A stretch of DNA of 63,613 nucleotides, filler included, from Bacteroidales bacterium (GTDB lineage Bacteria; Bacteroidota; Bacteroidia; Bacteroidales; CAIWKO01), in NCBI GenBank assembly GCA_035389045.1. It is 4 parts of 4 records of this genome, joined end to end, with 100 filler letters (N's around TTAATTAATTAA, not from the genome) between each part and the next. Parts side by side here need not be neighbours in the genome. Positions count along the whole stretch, not along the records: positions 20,757 to 40,287 come from DAOORA010000073.1; positions 40,388 to 59,545 come from DAOORA010000074.1; 2 more parts are not named here. One strand, given 5' to 3'. Shown in pieces: positions 38,894 through 50,282 of this stretch. Made by a program: the position numbers and the translations under genes. Under the pieces are notes generated by a model that made no database searches, was not told where the DNA came from, and was given only the letters and a program-made list of their open reading frames with translations. Each line of letters begins with the position of its first letter. Within the stretch, counting starts at the first letter, position 1.

Positions 38894-40224
38894 ACTTTTG
38901 AATAATTTAAATAAGTCAATTCATTTAAGTACGTATATAAAAACTCGTTTAATGAGGTGTAATTGATGTTTGCGGTGATTATCGCCAATTTAGGGTATTC
39001 ATTTATGTACCTGGCGGTCACGGTTTCGATCTCCTTTTCAATTAATGCTTTGTTAAACGTATTATTGGAAGTGTCGTATAAGCAACGGGCGGCTCCCATC
39101 TCGCTGAAAAACCCGGGTTGCAACACCATGTAAGCAATTTTCAGATATTCGCTGCTGGCCGGGAAAAGACCGTAGTAAAACAATGAATAGCCGATCATCC
39201 ATTCATAAATAGCCGTGACGATATGGTCATGCCGGTTATCATAATACCATTTGGTGTTTTTAAATTCATTGAGAATAAACTCATAAAACTGCTGATGCGT
39301 GGTAGCGGGGACGTATCCGAACGTGTTTTTTGCATCGTACAAACACCTGAAAAAGTATTCTTTTTCTTTGCACTGCAAAGCCCGGAACTCATCCATCATC
39401 AAGCGGTTTTTTTCAAGGGTGCTTTTGTTGTCTTTCGCATTGTATATTGCATTGATCTTGTCAATATCATTAAAAAAGTTACCCTGTGGCAGCAGCAGAT
39501 AATCTATCCTGAATAAAAGGCCCAGGAGCATATAAGAAATTCCACCGGAAAGGGCAGCTTCATCCATGCCGGCTATCTTATCCAGGGTCTCGCTGATCCA
39601 TAGTTGCAGGTATTTGTATTTTATTTCTTTTACCGTTTCGGATAAATCCAGAATATGTTCACGATCCACAGCATGAAGCGAATCAAACTCACCAACCAGC
39701 ATATCGTCCATCTTATCCGATTTCAATGCAAGCTCCCGTAATGAATAATAAATCTTGTTCGGAGAGGCATCGATAGTTTTACTGTCGGTTTTAAGAAATA
39801 TGATATCGTCTTTTATCGCAAAACGGCTGTACTGTAATATAAAGTTCATGTTGATCAGCTTCCGTAAAAAAGCCACACTAAGTCTGTCGAACCGGGCGAT
39901 GCGCGATTGCGCTGAAAAAGTGTTCATATCCGCCCTGCCTCTGATGATCTTGGAACCTTGTACCAGGTCAAACTCAAGTTCATTTCCATTACGCCTGACT
40001 TTTATGTTGTTCGTGTCAGGATCGTTCATGTACTGTAAAAGGATTTCGAAAGAATCAATGTACTTTTTCTGGAGATAAAAATCCTGAGCCCTGGTCCAGC
40101 ATGACAGTTGAACAGATGACTTGTTCACCCCGCTATACCGGCCTACAGCAACATTTTGGGCAGAACTGCCTGCCCCCTCATCTTTACCGGCCTGATTTAA
40201 AAAGACTTTTTTAAAAAATGACAT
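38890..40224 (-). CDS. Hypothetical protein with a YbjN-like domain, translationally coupled to the protease
   Basis: 444-aa ORF with ATGA overlap; segment QGSK...LRKLINMNF..YSRFAI...DKMDDMLVGEF. Confidence 0.7.
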   Translation of the reverse strand: MSFFKKVFLNQAGKDEGAGSSAQNVAVGRYSGVNKSSVQLSCWTRAQDFYLQKKYIDSFEILLQYMNDPDTNNIKVRRNGNELEFDLVQGSKIIRGRADMNTFSAQSRIARFDRLSVAFLRKLINMNFILQYSRFAIKDDIIFLKTDSKTIDASPNKIYYSLRELALKSDKMDDMLVGEFDSLHAVDREHILDLSETVKEIKYKYLQLWISETLDKIAGMDEAALSGGISYMLLGLLFRIDYLLLPQGNFFNDIDKINAIYNAKDNKSTLEKNRLMMDEFRALQCKEKEYFFRCLYDAKNTFGYVPATTHQQFYEFILNEFKNTKWYYDNRHDHIVTAIYEWMIGYSLFYYGLFPASSEYLKIAYMVLQPGFFSEMGAARCLYDTSNNTFNKALIEKEIETVTARYINEYPKLAIITANINYTSLNEFLYTYLNELTYLNYSKV

Positions 40225-40287
40225 ATACGATTAATTTAATATTTTATTCCGAATATGAAATCAGCCCCGAAAGTTATTTTTAATTGA

Positions 40288-40387
40288 NNNNNNNNNNNNN
40301 NNNNNNNNNNNNNNNNNNNNNNNNNNNNNNNTTAATTAATTAANNNNNNNNNNNNNNNNNNNNNNNNNNNNNNNNNNNNNNNNNNNN
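40288..40387. other. Artificial contig linker (Ns + TTAATTAATTAA)
   Basis: N run with linker at 40332-40343. Confidence 0.98.
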
Positions 40388-40799
40388 AGCTGCCCGCTGT
40401 CACCACATCACTGTATGTTGCCTCTATGCCTGTGGAACAATTATCCCATTCGTCCGTGACATCACCGACATGCAAGACGCTGACATCATAAGTGCAGGCA
40501 GAATCGGTAGATATGGTGATATCGGCAGGCGCCGTGAATACCGGCAAGGTAGTATCCTGTACCGTAATCACCTGTATTTGGCTGGCAGCCGCATTGCCGC
40601 AATTATCTGTAAGCGACCAGGTACGCGTAATTACATACGTGCCTTCGCAGCTGCCCGCTGTCACCACATCACTGTATGTTGCCTCTATGCCTGTGGAACA
40701 ATTGTCCCATTCGTCCGTGACATCACCCACATGTAATACACTGACATCATAAGTGCAGGCAGAATCGGTAGATATGGTGATATCGGCAGGAGCCGTAAA
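40388..40799. repeat. Intragenic tandem repeat, 261-bp period (87-aa HYR-like units)
   Basis: 40388-40538 is near-identical to 40649-40799; the differences seen are synonymous. Confidence 0.9.
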
Positions 40800-43700
40800 G
40801 ATCGGCATTGTATTGTCAAAAATACTGATGGTTTGCATGCAACTCGCAGAATTACCCGCTAAATCTCTGACAGTAAAAACACGAGAAACAAGGATAGGGC
40901 AATTGCCACTTTGTGAATCCTGATAAGAATAATAAACGATCCCGCAAAAGTCAGTGACTAAGCCACCGGATTGAGAAAATTGAATATCATTAATTTCCTG
41001 CAAATTTTCAGAGTATATCAGATTTGTTATCACATCGGTAGCGCATCCCGCAATTGAATAATTCTGAGGGCATACCAGTAATGGCGGGGTCGTATCAGTA
41101 ATTATCCCTACTGTTGCCAAAAGAGGCTCTAAAATTTCACAGTCACCGGCAAGTTCATTATCTCTGACATTTATTAGATATGAACCCGGTGCCAGACCGG
41201 AAATGGTCACCATTGAATTACCTGCGCCAAACGGTAGCCATGGACCATTGTCTAATGTATATTCGAAATTATGAGAAGTTGCTGAGGATTGTGCTGTAAT
41301 AATAATTGATCCGTTATCAAGCGAACAGGTTATATCATTTACGCTGTCTATTTCTGCAGCTATACCTTCAACTACCGAGGTAAATTCACAGGTTTCACGG
41401 GCAGATGAACCGGATACCAGGTTAAAAGTAGCCGTATATACGAGTGAACTGTCTCCAACGGGAAAAAAGCCGGGAAGCGGACCCGTTACATTAAATTCGA
41501 TACCTTCAGCACAAGTTCCATCATCCAATAACAATCCATCAAAATAAATATTATCTACCCTGCATTGACTATCCCCGTTTCCGCTAAAGACAAATTTCAA
41601 TCTGTAAGAGCCATCTGAAAAAGATGAAGGAAGATAAATCGTATAACTATCTGTATGATCTACATGTGTACTATCTGCAAATATTTCGGTGCCGCCAGAT
41701 ACCAGATAAAGTGACCATGTAAAATCATTTCCCTGCGGGCAAATAATGTCCATGTCAACATTCATAGGAGGTTCAAGGTAAACCAGGGGTGAGATAATAT
41801 ACGGATCACCGGTACCTGCCGGCAGCCATAAATCCACCATGCCGGAATTAACCTCTACCCTTTGTACCCTGTTAAAATCCCAACACGACCATTTGTTTTC
41901 GGGCAGTTCAAACATCATTATAAATTGATGTTCTCCACTTATGCAAGTAAGATCAAAAGCAGGAAGTTCCCAGTCAAGAAATGAGCCCGGGATACCATCA
42001 ACGATTGTATCAGCACATTTCGTTATATCGTTCGGGCAGCCGGTCATGACTATTGAATTATCATTAATGATAATGTCGGTAGATGCGATGTTTGTGCAAT
42101 AGCCATCACTGATAGTGACTGTATATGTACCGCTATCCTGCACGTCAGATCCGACAATCACCGGATTTTGCAAATCAGAAAGAAATCCATCCGGTCCTGT
42201 CCAGCTCCAGAAGGTTGCTGTCCCACCCGTTTCAAACAAATAAATATTGCTGCCCAGACATACGGGGGAATTACTTGAAACAGATATATCAATAGGTACC
42301 ACATAGATTGTTTGTGACGTAAAAGATTCATTTCCGCAGGCATCGGCAACCCCATATGTTCTGGTTACCGTATAACTGATAGCGGAAACAGAATCAGAAA
42401 TAACATCCCCGGCATGAAGCACAGTAATTTCATTGCAATTGTCTGTGGCAACGATCGCATTGATATCCGGAGGAGGAATGGTTGCCGCGCAATTCACAAT
42501 GGTATCAGGAGGTGTAAATGTAATAACAGGAGCTGTGGTGTCGTCAATGATATATGTAAATGTCCAGAATCTTTCATTTATTTCGCAGTCCAGATACCGC
42601 CATTTAAAAATGACCTTCCCATCACAATAGATGGTATCCGGGATCATTTCATATCCGAGATACGTATAGACTACCGTGTCGCCGCATGCATCAACAAAAG
42701 CCGGCGGGACAGGCCTGATGGTATCCATGATGCATTGAACTATTGTTGCTTCATTGATGATATAAGAAAGAAAATTCTTTTTTCCACACGAATCGGTGAC
42801 GATAAGTTTAATGATAGTGTGCGTAAGCGTGTCGGGTGCATGATAATCTGTAGGATTACATGTGTCGCATGAAAAAGTACCTTCGGAAGCGTACCACTGA
42901 TAATGGTAAGGTGGTTTGCCTCCGCTTGCAACAGCGCTTACGGGATAAGACATACCCGGGGATATATTATCGGGAATGTTAACATTGGAAAAATGGAGTT
43001 GTTTCATATTACCTACCAGCAGGCAGTAATTCAAATATGCCCTTTGTGCTGCGATGTGTGCCGGAGTAGTACCAACAATTGTATGTGCGGGTTCGTAAAA
43101 AATGAATCCTGTTGTACCGAAAGCCGGACCATATGCGAGTATTGCAGCTGCATTAGGATAGATATACGGAACATCAGGGTTGGGAGCCGTATTAACAAAA
43201 TTAGGATCCCAGACCGATACCGTGGTTGTACTCCTCCATCCGCCAGCCGTAGTATCAGGAATATAGATCCGTTCTGAACCATTGTTTATTGCACCATCCA
43301 AAATACCTATGAACTGCATTATAGGGTCCCCGTGATTCGAATAACTGTACGGAGGCGTGCCGTCGATATGATCTCCCCAAGGCACCAAACCTGTAGTGCT
43401 CAGGAAATTAAATCCGCAATAATCAGGTGCATCCGCTTCAATCGCGCTTACCGCATGGCAGTTGATCCATAAATAGCCGTCATTCATCACGTAATTATAC
43501 AAGGCATCTTTTAAATTCTGAGACCAGTTCTGAGGGTCGGCATGAGGCAATGCGTAAAAATCATTACAGCCGGTCAGATATGTCGGATCTGCCCCCAGAG
43601 TATAGGAAGAAGTAGGAATTTCTGCATAGGTATAAATAGGCTCTACTTTATCATCATTGGCCTCATCCATAATAGCCAGCGGCCAACTTGTGAGTCGCCT

Positions 43701-44168
43701 GTATATAGGAGCCGTAAAAGAATGCATGACCGGGCCGTAGACTACAACGCCTTTTGCTATCCATATATTCAACGTAGCCAGTACAGATGGTGTAATCTGG
43801 TTTGCTTCAATAATGAACGAGCCACCCCTGAACGGATATCCATCAGCATAAAAATCAATTCCGTCTTTAACTTTTAAAGAATCTATCGCCCAGTTTACCG
43901 GCACATAATCAAAATTAAGTAATTGAAAAACAAGCCCATATGGTTTCAGCCCGTTGGCAACAGTCTGTGGCGTAACTCCCATATTTATGATATATGAACC
44001 TGGTGCAAACGTTGCTGCCGGATATTGCCCAAAGGACTTGTTTATTGTAAAAGCAAATATTGAACATAATACTAATGTTTTTAATAAAACCAAAATATAT
44101 GAAACAGAAAAACCTGTACAGCATTTTTCTGTTATTTTTTTAAAAATAATAAAATAAAAAGTTTTCAT
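40388..44168 (-). CDS. Large repetitive surface protein/adhesin with HYR-like and Ig-like repeats, 3'-truncated by the gap
   Basis: Signal-like N terminus; repeated DTTxP...DNC...TRTW..TDxCGN..Q.ITV units; WTGPDGF Ig-like module; runs into Ns. Confidence 0.85.
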
Positions 44169-44333
44169 ATTAATATTTTATTAAATCAGTGTATGTCTAT
44201 TTTTTAAAGATTGAGTCCATGATTATTCAATTACTATCAGCAGATTACACAATATTTTAATATTAATTACATTATTAAAGTATAAATGTAGTATAATGGT
44301 AGTTTATTATAAATAAGTACAACGCTAAATTTC

Positions 44334-44373
44334 ATTAGTGTTTCACTAATTTTTTTATTAGTGAAACACTAAT
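44334..44373. promoter_or_regulatory. Nested palindrome: two 7-3-7 sites forming a perfect 17-bp inverted repeat (putative operator)
   Basis: ATTAGTG-TTT-CACTAAT-T6-ATTAGTG-AAA-CACTAAT upstream of the adhesin gene. Confidence 0.65.
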
Positions 44374-44731
44374 TTAACATTATATTAAAAGAAATTAATC
44401 AAAAATGTTGAGATGAAATTTAAATCATTCAGGATAGTTAATATTTAAAATTTTTAATATTTAACTACGACATATTAAAAAGCGATTGAACGAGTTCAGG
44501 ATGAAATCTGGATATAGTAATGGTTATGCTTAAGGATTAACTTTTGGTGGTCAAAGTGAGATACACTATTGGGTCATTACAGATATTGCATCGGTATAAA
44601 TATTTTTTCTATCAACTTTTTGGCGTTAAAGCCGGGCACAGTTATATCGAATCACTTTCAAACATTGTTTTAGAAATTGTTTCTTAATGGTATCAAAAAA
44701 AACAAATCAGAAATGGAACAGATTGGTGTAA

Positions 44732-45403
44732 CTACAGATCACAGAGTTTATTCTTAATGGCATATTTTACTAGGTCAACATAAGATTTAAGATTCAGTTT
44801 TAATATCATATTTGATTTATGGGTTTCAACTGTACGCAGGCTGATATATAATTTTTCTGAGATTTCCTTGTTTGAATTTCCTTCTGCAAACAATTTGAGT
44901 ACCTGTAATTCTCTTTTGGATAGAATTTTTTTATCAGGTTCTTTTCCATTCAGGAATTTGCCCTGAAAATCAATTTCGGATTTCAGTCCCGACACAATGG
45001 TGTTGGCGACCTCCGTATTAAAATAGTTTTTATTGGATATCAGGTGATTTATGGCCGTCATCAGTTCCTCATTGGTAGCATTCTGTTTCATTAAAAAGCC
45101 GTTAGCTCCGGCATTTACAGCGTCCTGGATATATTCGCCGGAAGCAAACATAGATAAAATAAGTATTTTGGATGTTAATTGATATGCTTTTATTTTCTTG
45201 ATCAATTCCAGTCCGCTCATATCCGGGAGCATAATATCTGTAATGATAATATCAGGTTTATGTTTTATTGCAGCCTCAAAGGCCTCCTTACAGGTCAGAC
45301 AAGTTCCGCAAATCGAGATATTGCTTTCTCCGGAAAGCATTTTGTGAATACCATCCAAGATTATCTGATGATCATCCACTAATAATACCTTAATAATTTT
45401 CAT
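44732..45403 (-). CDS. NarL/LuxR-family response regulator
   Basis: LLVDDH, ITDIMLPDMSG receiver; LSKRELQVL...GNSNKEISEKLYISLRTVETH HTH. Confidence 0.95.
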   Translation of the reverse strand: MKIIKVLLVDDHQIILDGIHKMLSGESNISICGTCLTCKEAFEAAIKHKPDIIITDIMLPDMSGLELIKKIKAYQLTSKILILSMFASGEYIQDAVNAGANGFLMKQNATNEELMTAINHLISNKNYFNTEVANTIVSGLKSEIDFQGKFLNGKEPDKKILSKRELQVLKLFAEGNSNKEISEKLYISLRTVETHKSNMILKLNLKSYVDLVKYAIKNKLCDL

Positions 45404-45408
45404 AACGG

Positions 45409-48400
45409 TTATTTTGGAATTTTTATCATTATCACTGTACCGGAATTCATACCGGACTCAATATTCAATTCGCCATTTAATAATAAAGTCCTCTGACGCA
45501 TATTGGACAAGCCACTACCCTTGGATGTATCACTATTACCCCGGTTGAAACCAATACCATTATCCTCAATCAGAATAAGTACATTTTCTTCTTTTTCGAT
45601 GAGTGCCAGTTTTGCTAAGGAGGCATTTGAATGTTTTGCGATATTATTTAGACCTTCCTGCACTATTCTGTATATATAGAAAGCTTTTTTCTCCGATATA
45701 TGGTCAAAATCTCCTAAAACTGAATAATCAAATTCTATCTTATTGTTTTCGACAAACTGTTTACAGAGCATGGACAGTGAGGCAGTCAGCCCGATGTTGG
45801 ATAATATGGTTGGGCTGACATTCATTGACATGGATCTTATCTCTTCAATTACTTCCCTGAATTCCGTTTTAACTTCATTGATGGTCCTGCGCGTTTCCTC
45901 CAGTTCACATTTCGTTGAGTTTTCGAGTTTTATTTTTATTCCGGCAAGCCGTTGACCAAGTCCGTCATGCAATTCCATTGATAATCGCTGTCGCTCCAAT
46001 TCCTGCCCATCGATCAGGGCGGACATCACCTTACGACGTTCCTTTTCAAGACGGGCTTCTGCTTCTATTTTTTCTGTAATATCACGCGAAACGCATTGAA
46101 CGCTGTTAATTTTTCCTTTTTCATCCCTGATAAATAATAGCTTGGTATCAAGCCAGATAATTTCTTTGTTTTTTTTCTTTATCCGGCACATGAACCCCCG
46201 GCTGGGAGACTTTTTTAACAACATATCCCTGATAATTTCCCTGATTCTGTGTATATCCTCATCCACAATAAAATGGGAAATCTTTCTACCAATGACCTTT
46301 CCGGGCACATATCCCAAATGGTCACAAGCAGAATCATTTACATACAAAATCTTACCGGACCTGTCAATAACCGATAAGGCATCTACCATATTCTGAGCCA
46401 GCAACCTGTATTTTTCCTCACTGTCTTTTAAGGCTGTTTCCGTTTGTTTACGCATTACTGATGTTCCAATATGCATTGCTATGCCTTCGAGGTACTGAAT
46501 AACCTCATTGGTAAATCGTCCTTTTCTCTTATCGTACAAATGAATCATGCCAACCGTTTTGTCATTCATCCTGACCGGTACCAGCGCCACAGAAGCATAT
46601 CCCCGGTGGAAACAGGTTTTTCGGTTATAACAACTGCTGTCCCCTTCAGCAGGCAAATCAGTGTAAAGCTCAGCATCATTGGTCCAGAAACTGCCGTTAA
46701 ATAAACAACTTTTATCACCATGGAGGGTTTTTCCATGAAGAACGAGATCGCAATAACATCCGGAAAATTTGTTGTCAATATTTTTCTTATGTTTAGGGCC
46801 TTTTGCGTCATCTTTAAATGGAAACTTTTTTGCCGGAAATAAATTTCCGGAAAAACCGATTTGCTCATAAAAAAGATTATCATCACCTTCCTGGAGGCAA
46901 ATGCCTGCTGCATCAAATCTCAGCCTTGAATGCATGGTCCTCAGAATACGCTGAATTGCTTCACGGAATCCTATCTGTTCATTAAGTATCTGGAGTACCT
47001 CCCTGCTCAGTTCTCCATATATTTCTGCAAGTTTTTTCACAGTGATATCTGTGGTAATCCCACGGATCTTTTTAATGATGAATTGCTCATCCCGCACAAT
47101 GAACATAGATATCCTGCCAAAACCCTTGGTGTTATCTTTCCTTATATATTCAATCTCCATCTCCACCTTGTCCCTTAAATTATTATAATTCTTTTTATGA
47201 AGCTGGATCATACCCTGCCGAAACTCGTCCCGGATCATTTTGGCTGACTCGGGCGTCAGATAATCTTCAGGTTTCTGGCACATGTGTTCTTCAACCGTAT
47301 AACCCAGAAACTTCACGATCGAAGGAGAAACATATTCCATTTTAAATTTCCCATCCATTATCCAAAGAATATCGTCGGTATTTTCAACAATAAACTGATA
47401 TTTCTTTTCACTTTCTGAAAGCGCTTTCTCGGCCTTTATCCGGTCTGTTATATCCCTTATGATGCTTATCACGGCATAAGGTTCATCATATTCGTTTTTG
47501 ATCACTGATGAATTTACTTCAATAGGAAATTCACTTCCATCCTTATGCAAAGCAACATATTTCTGATTTTGCATGGATTCTCCCATTATTCTTTTCAGAA
47601 AATTCGATCGCATCCGTTCGCGATCCCCGGGAGCAATAAAATCTACAATGTTTGTATCGATATAGTTTATATCTTCCTCAGCATAACCGAATATTTTGAA
47701 ATTATTTTTATTTGACGCCATGGGAAAGCCTTTAAGATCAGACATTAATATGCCATCAGGCGAGGTGTCGAAAAGCGAACGGTACAGTTTAGCATTCATA
47801 TGTAGTTCTTCTTCAACGACCAGGCGCTGCAAAACCACTGATGTCTGGTTTACCAGGTTTTCCAAAATCCCGATGTTCAGAATAGGATGATCATGCTTAA
47901 TCAGGATATGGATTCCACCAAATAATTCGTCTCCGAAGGAAAAACCCATTGTACAGATCTTTTTCACCCGCAACATAGTTTCCATTTTATCACATGTGCC
48001 TCTATCCGGAAAATGAGCCAGTAAGAAATGAATAATGTTGTCGCGTGTTTCGAAAAATTTCATTTTTTTAAGATCCTTCATCTCATCAGAAGAATAGTTT
48101 GAAGTGATTGTTTCATTAGTAAAAGGGTCAAAACCAAAAAGCCGGGAGATCCTCTTCCTGAATTTGCTAATTCCATCAATATATTTAAAAATAAAGGTCT
48201 TGCTGTTGTGATTATAGGCTGTTACAAAAACATAACTGTCCGGCACATTTTCAAATATCTTCTGTCCGGCATATTGGAAAACATCATCAAGTTTAGTCAG
48301 GCTTAACAGTTTCAGCGAAAATCCGTAAACAAGTTTTTGCGCAGCCATGTTCATGTCCATTTCTTTTTCGGCTGCCTGCCTCTCCCCGGCCTTGTTTTTT

Positions 48401-48591
48401 AGCTCACGATGCAGGCCATTTACATTTCTGTTGCAGAGGCTATGATGTTCATCCTTCGGTTTCATCCTTCGTTCGGCTTTACGACGCGCTGCCTGCTCTT
48501 CATTTGACAGTTCCGTATGCTCAACTATCTCTGACCTAAGCGCCTGTTGTTGAATTTTTTTTTGACCTTCTGATTCTTTTTTACGCATCAT
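45409..48591 (-). CDS. Cytoplasmic multi-PAS/GAF sensor histidine kinase (HisKA_3 type)
   Basis: Three PAS/PAC units (RDITDR, TDITVK, RDITEK), a GAF segment, ERQRLSMELHDGLGQ, QEGLNNIAKHS and DNGIGF. Confidence 0.92.
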   Translation of the reverse strand: MMRKKESEGQKKIQQQALRSEIVEHTELSNEEQAARRKAERRMKPKDEHHSLCNRNVNGLHRELKNKAGERQAAEKEMDMNMAAQKLVYGFSLKLLSLTKLDDVFQYAGQKIFENVPDSYVFVTAYNHNSKTFIFKYIDGISKFRKRISRLFGFDPFTNETITSNYSSDEMKDLKKMKFFETRDNIIHFLLAHFPDRGTCDKMETMLRVKKICTMGFSFGDELFGGIHILIKHDHPILNIGILENLVNQTSVVLQRLVVEEELHMNAKLYRSLFDTSPDGILMSDLKGFPMASNKNNFKIFGYAEEDINYIDTNIVDFIAPGDRERMRSNFLKRIMGESMQNQKYVALHKDGSEFPIEVNSSVIKNEYDEPYAVISIIRDITDRIKAEKALSESEKKYQFIVENTDDILWIMDGKFKMEYVSPSIVKFLGYTVEEHMCQKPEDYLTPESAKMIRDEFRQGMIQLHKKNYNNLRDKVEMEIEYIRKDNTKGFGRISMFIVRDEQFIIKKIRGITTDITVKKLAEIYGELSREVLQILNEQIGFREAIQRILRTMHSRLRFDAAGICLQEGDDNLFYEQIGFSGNLFPAKKFPFKDDAKGPKHKKNIDNKFSGCYCDLVLHGKTLHGDKSCLFNGSFWTNDAELYTDLPAEGDSSCYNRKTCFHRGYASVALVPVRMNDKTVGMIHLYDKRKGRFTNEVIQYLEGIAMHIGTSVMRKQTETALKDSEEKYRLLAQNMVDALSVIDRSGKILYVNDSACDHLGYVPGKVIGRKISHFIVDEDIHRIREIIRDMLLKKSPSRGFMCRIKKKNKEIIWLDTKLLFIRDEKGKINSVQCVSRDITEKIEAEARLEKERRKVMSALIDGQELERQRLSMELHDGLGQRLAGIKIKLENSTKCELEETRRTINEVKTEFREVIEEIRSMSMNVSPTILSNIGLTASLSMLCKQFVENNKIEFDYSVLGDFDHISEKKAFYIYRIVQEGLNNIAKHSNASLAKLALIEKEENVLILIEDNGIGFNRGNSDTSKGSGLSNMRQRTLLLNGELNIESGMNSGTVIMIKIPK

Positions 48592-48777
48592 GAGGTTTAT
48601 CTATGCTTTGAATAATGATTATGAAAAACATTAATAATCCATATAAGTTGCCGGATTTTTTCATGTCAGCGAGCAACATTTCATTTCTAACCGAAATATT
48701 TTTCCTTATGACATTTTCCGCAGTACATATAAAAAACTCACAAACAAATATATGATTTTTTTTCTAATATCAGTTTT

Positions 48778-49305
48778 TTATCTTTGATTTTCTTCCTGTT
48801 CAGAAAAAAAATCAGAAAATTGATCAAAACTCTTTATCACAAAGTCTGCGTCCGGGAAAAAAGCATTGATGTTTCTTTCATTAAAAAAAATGGTAAGCAT
48901 ACCGGATGCTTTTGCACCACTGATATCTGTTTCATAGATATTACCAATCATAACGCAGTTCTCCGGAAGCACTCCGATATGGCTGGCAATTGAAGTAAAA
49001 AAACGGGGATCGGGTTTTTGGTATCCGAGATCTTTTGAAGAAAAAAAATACTGAAAATATTTCCCGGCGCCAATGCGTTCCAGAGCCTTAATCATGTCTT
49101 TTGTGTCCGAAGCTCCTGCATTGGTAGCTATTACCATCATGTATTTCTTATAGAATTTTTCAAGTATTCGTTCAACACCGGGGATCCATTCTACTCTGTC
49201 CCAGTATGCCATTGGTCCGGATTTTTCAGGAAAGTCACGCATCACAGTATCGCCCCAGTCAAAAATCAAGGCTTTTATATCTCTATTATACATATTTGAT
49301 CTCAT
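48778..49305 (-). CDS. HAD-superfamily hydrolase
   Basis: IFDWGDT, ATNA, KPDPRFF and MIGN...DI.GA motifs. Confidence 0.88.
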   Translation of the reverse strand: MRSNMYNRDIKALIFDWGDTVMRDFPEKSGPMAYWDRVEWIPGVERILEKFYKKYMMVIATNAGASDTKDMIKALERIGAGKYFQYFFSSKDLGYQKPDPRFFTSIASHIGVLPENCVMIGNIYETDISGAKASGMLTIFFNERNINAFFPDADFVIKSFDQFSDFFSEQEENQR

Positions 49306-49339
49306 CGGGTAAAATGCAATTCTTTCTGAGCACCCATTT

Positions 49340-50281
49340 TCAATGTAACAGGTTACAGTTTATTCCAAGCCAGTCTGAAATATTATTATAAACCTCTGTT
49401 CGGTTCAACTCGTTCAGCATTTCATGCCGCCCTTTGGGATATAACGTCAGCGTGGTATTTGAAAATCCTCTGTTGTTCAGAAAGGCATACATTTTTTTGG
49501 GACTTTTTGAAAAGTTTCCAACAGGGTCTTCTTCGCCCGAAAAAACAAGTACAGGCAGCTTTTTGTTCACATTTTGATACAAACCAGGCTGGTGGATATA
49601 TTTTAATAACCTGAATAGTTCCCGGAAAAATGAAGACGTCCCTACCCAGCCGCAAAAAACATCCCCGGTGTATTTTTTACAAATCACCTCATCTCTGCTA
49701 AGCCAGTCAAAAGGTGTTTTGTTAGGCTTGAATTTCTTGTTGAAAGCTCCAAACGACAGACCATCCAACAATTTACTGCGTTTTTTTTCACCCGCGAAGA
49801 AACTTTGCATTTTTGCAACAAGCAAACCGAAATTAAGCAAAACTGCAGGATGCCATGCAGTACCGGATAATATTATTCCGGAAATTGTTTCCGGGTATTT
49901 ATTCAAATATGCCCGGGTGTAAAACGATCCCATACTGTGCCCCAGCATAACTACCGGTAAACCGTTATAAGTCTGGCGGATATGATAGTTTAATAGATGC
50001 ATGTCGGATAGCACACGCTGCCATTTGTTTTCACCTGCAAAAAAACCTGTATTTTCAACAGTTACGGCTGTTTTCCCATGTCCCCTGTGATCGTTGACAA
50101 AAACCGCATAACCTGCCGCCACCATATACCGGGCAAAATCCTGATACCGGGCGCCATGCTCGGCCATGCCATGGGCAATCTGAATAACACCTTTGGCTTC
50201 CCCTGCAACGTCAGGAGCCCATGAATAGATAAATAATTCAACATTATCTTCCGCTCTGAGAATAAACGTTTCTGTTTTCAT
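49340..50281 (-). CDS. Alpha/beta hydrolase, lysophospholipase (PldB-like)
   Basis: AHGMAEH, DHRGHG, GHSMG nucleophile and RHEMLNE; start set at ATG 50281. Confidence 0.9.
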   Translation of the reverse strand: MKTETFILRAEDNVELFIYSWAPDVAGEAKGVIQIAHGMAEHGARYQDFARYMVAAGYAVFVNDHRGHGKTAVTVENTGFFAGENKWQRVLSDMHLLNYHIRQTYNGLPVVMLGHSMGSFYTRAYLNKYPETISGIILSGTAWHPAVLLNFGLLVAKMQSFFAGEKKRSKLLDGLSFGAFNKKFKPNKTPFDWLSRDEVICKKYTGDVFCGWVGTSSFFRELFRLLKYIHQPGLYQNVNKKLPVLVFSGEEDPVGNFSKSPKKMYAFLNNRGFSNTTLTLYPKGRHEMLNELNRTEVYNNISDWLGINCNLLH

Positions 50282-50282
50282 A

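Noticed and set aside
40388..40799. Near-identical repeat pair as a DGR template/variable repeat
   Set aside because: Both copies are in frame within one gene, differences are synonymous and not adenine-specific, and there is no reverse transcriptase in the window
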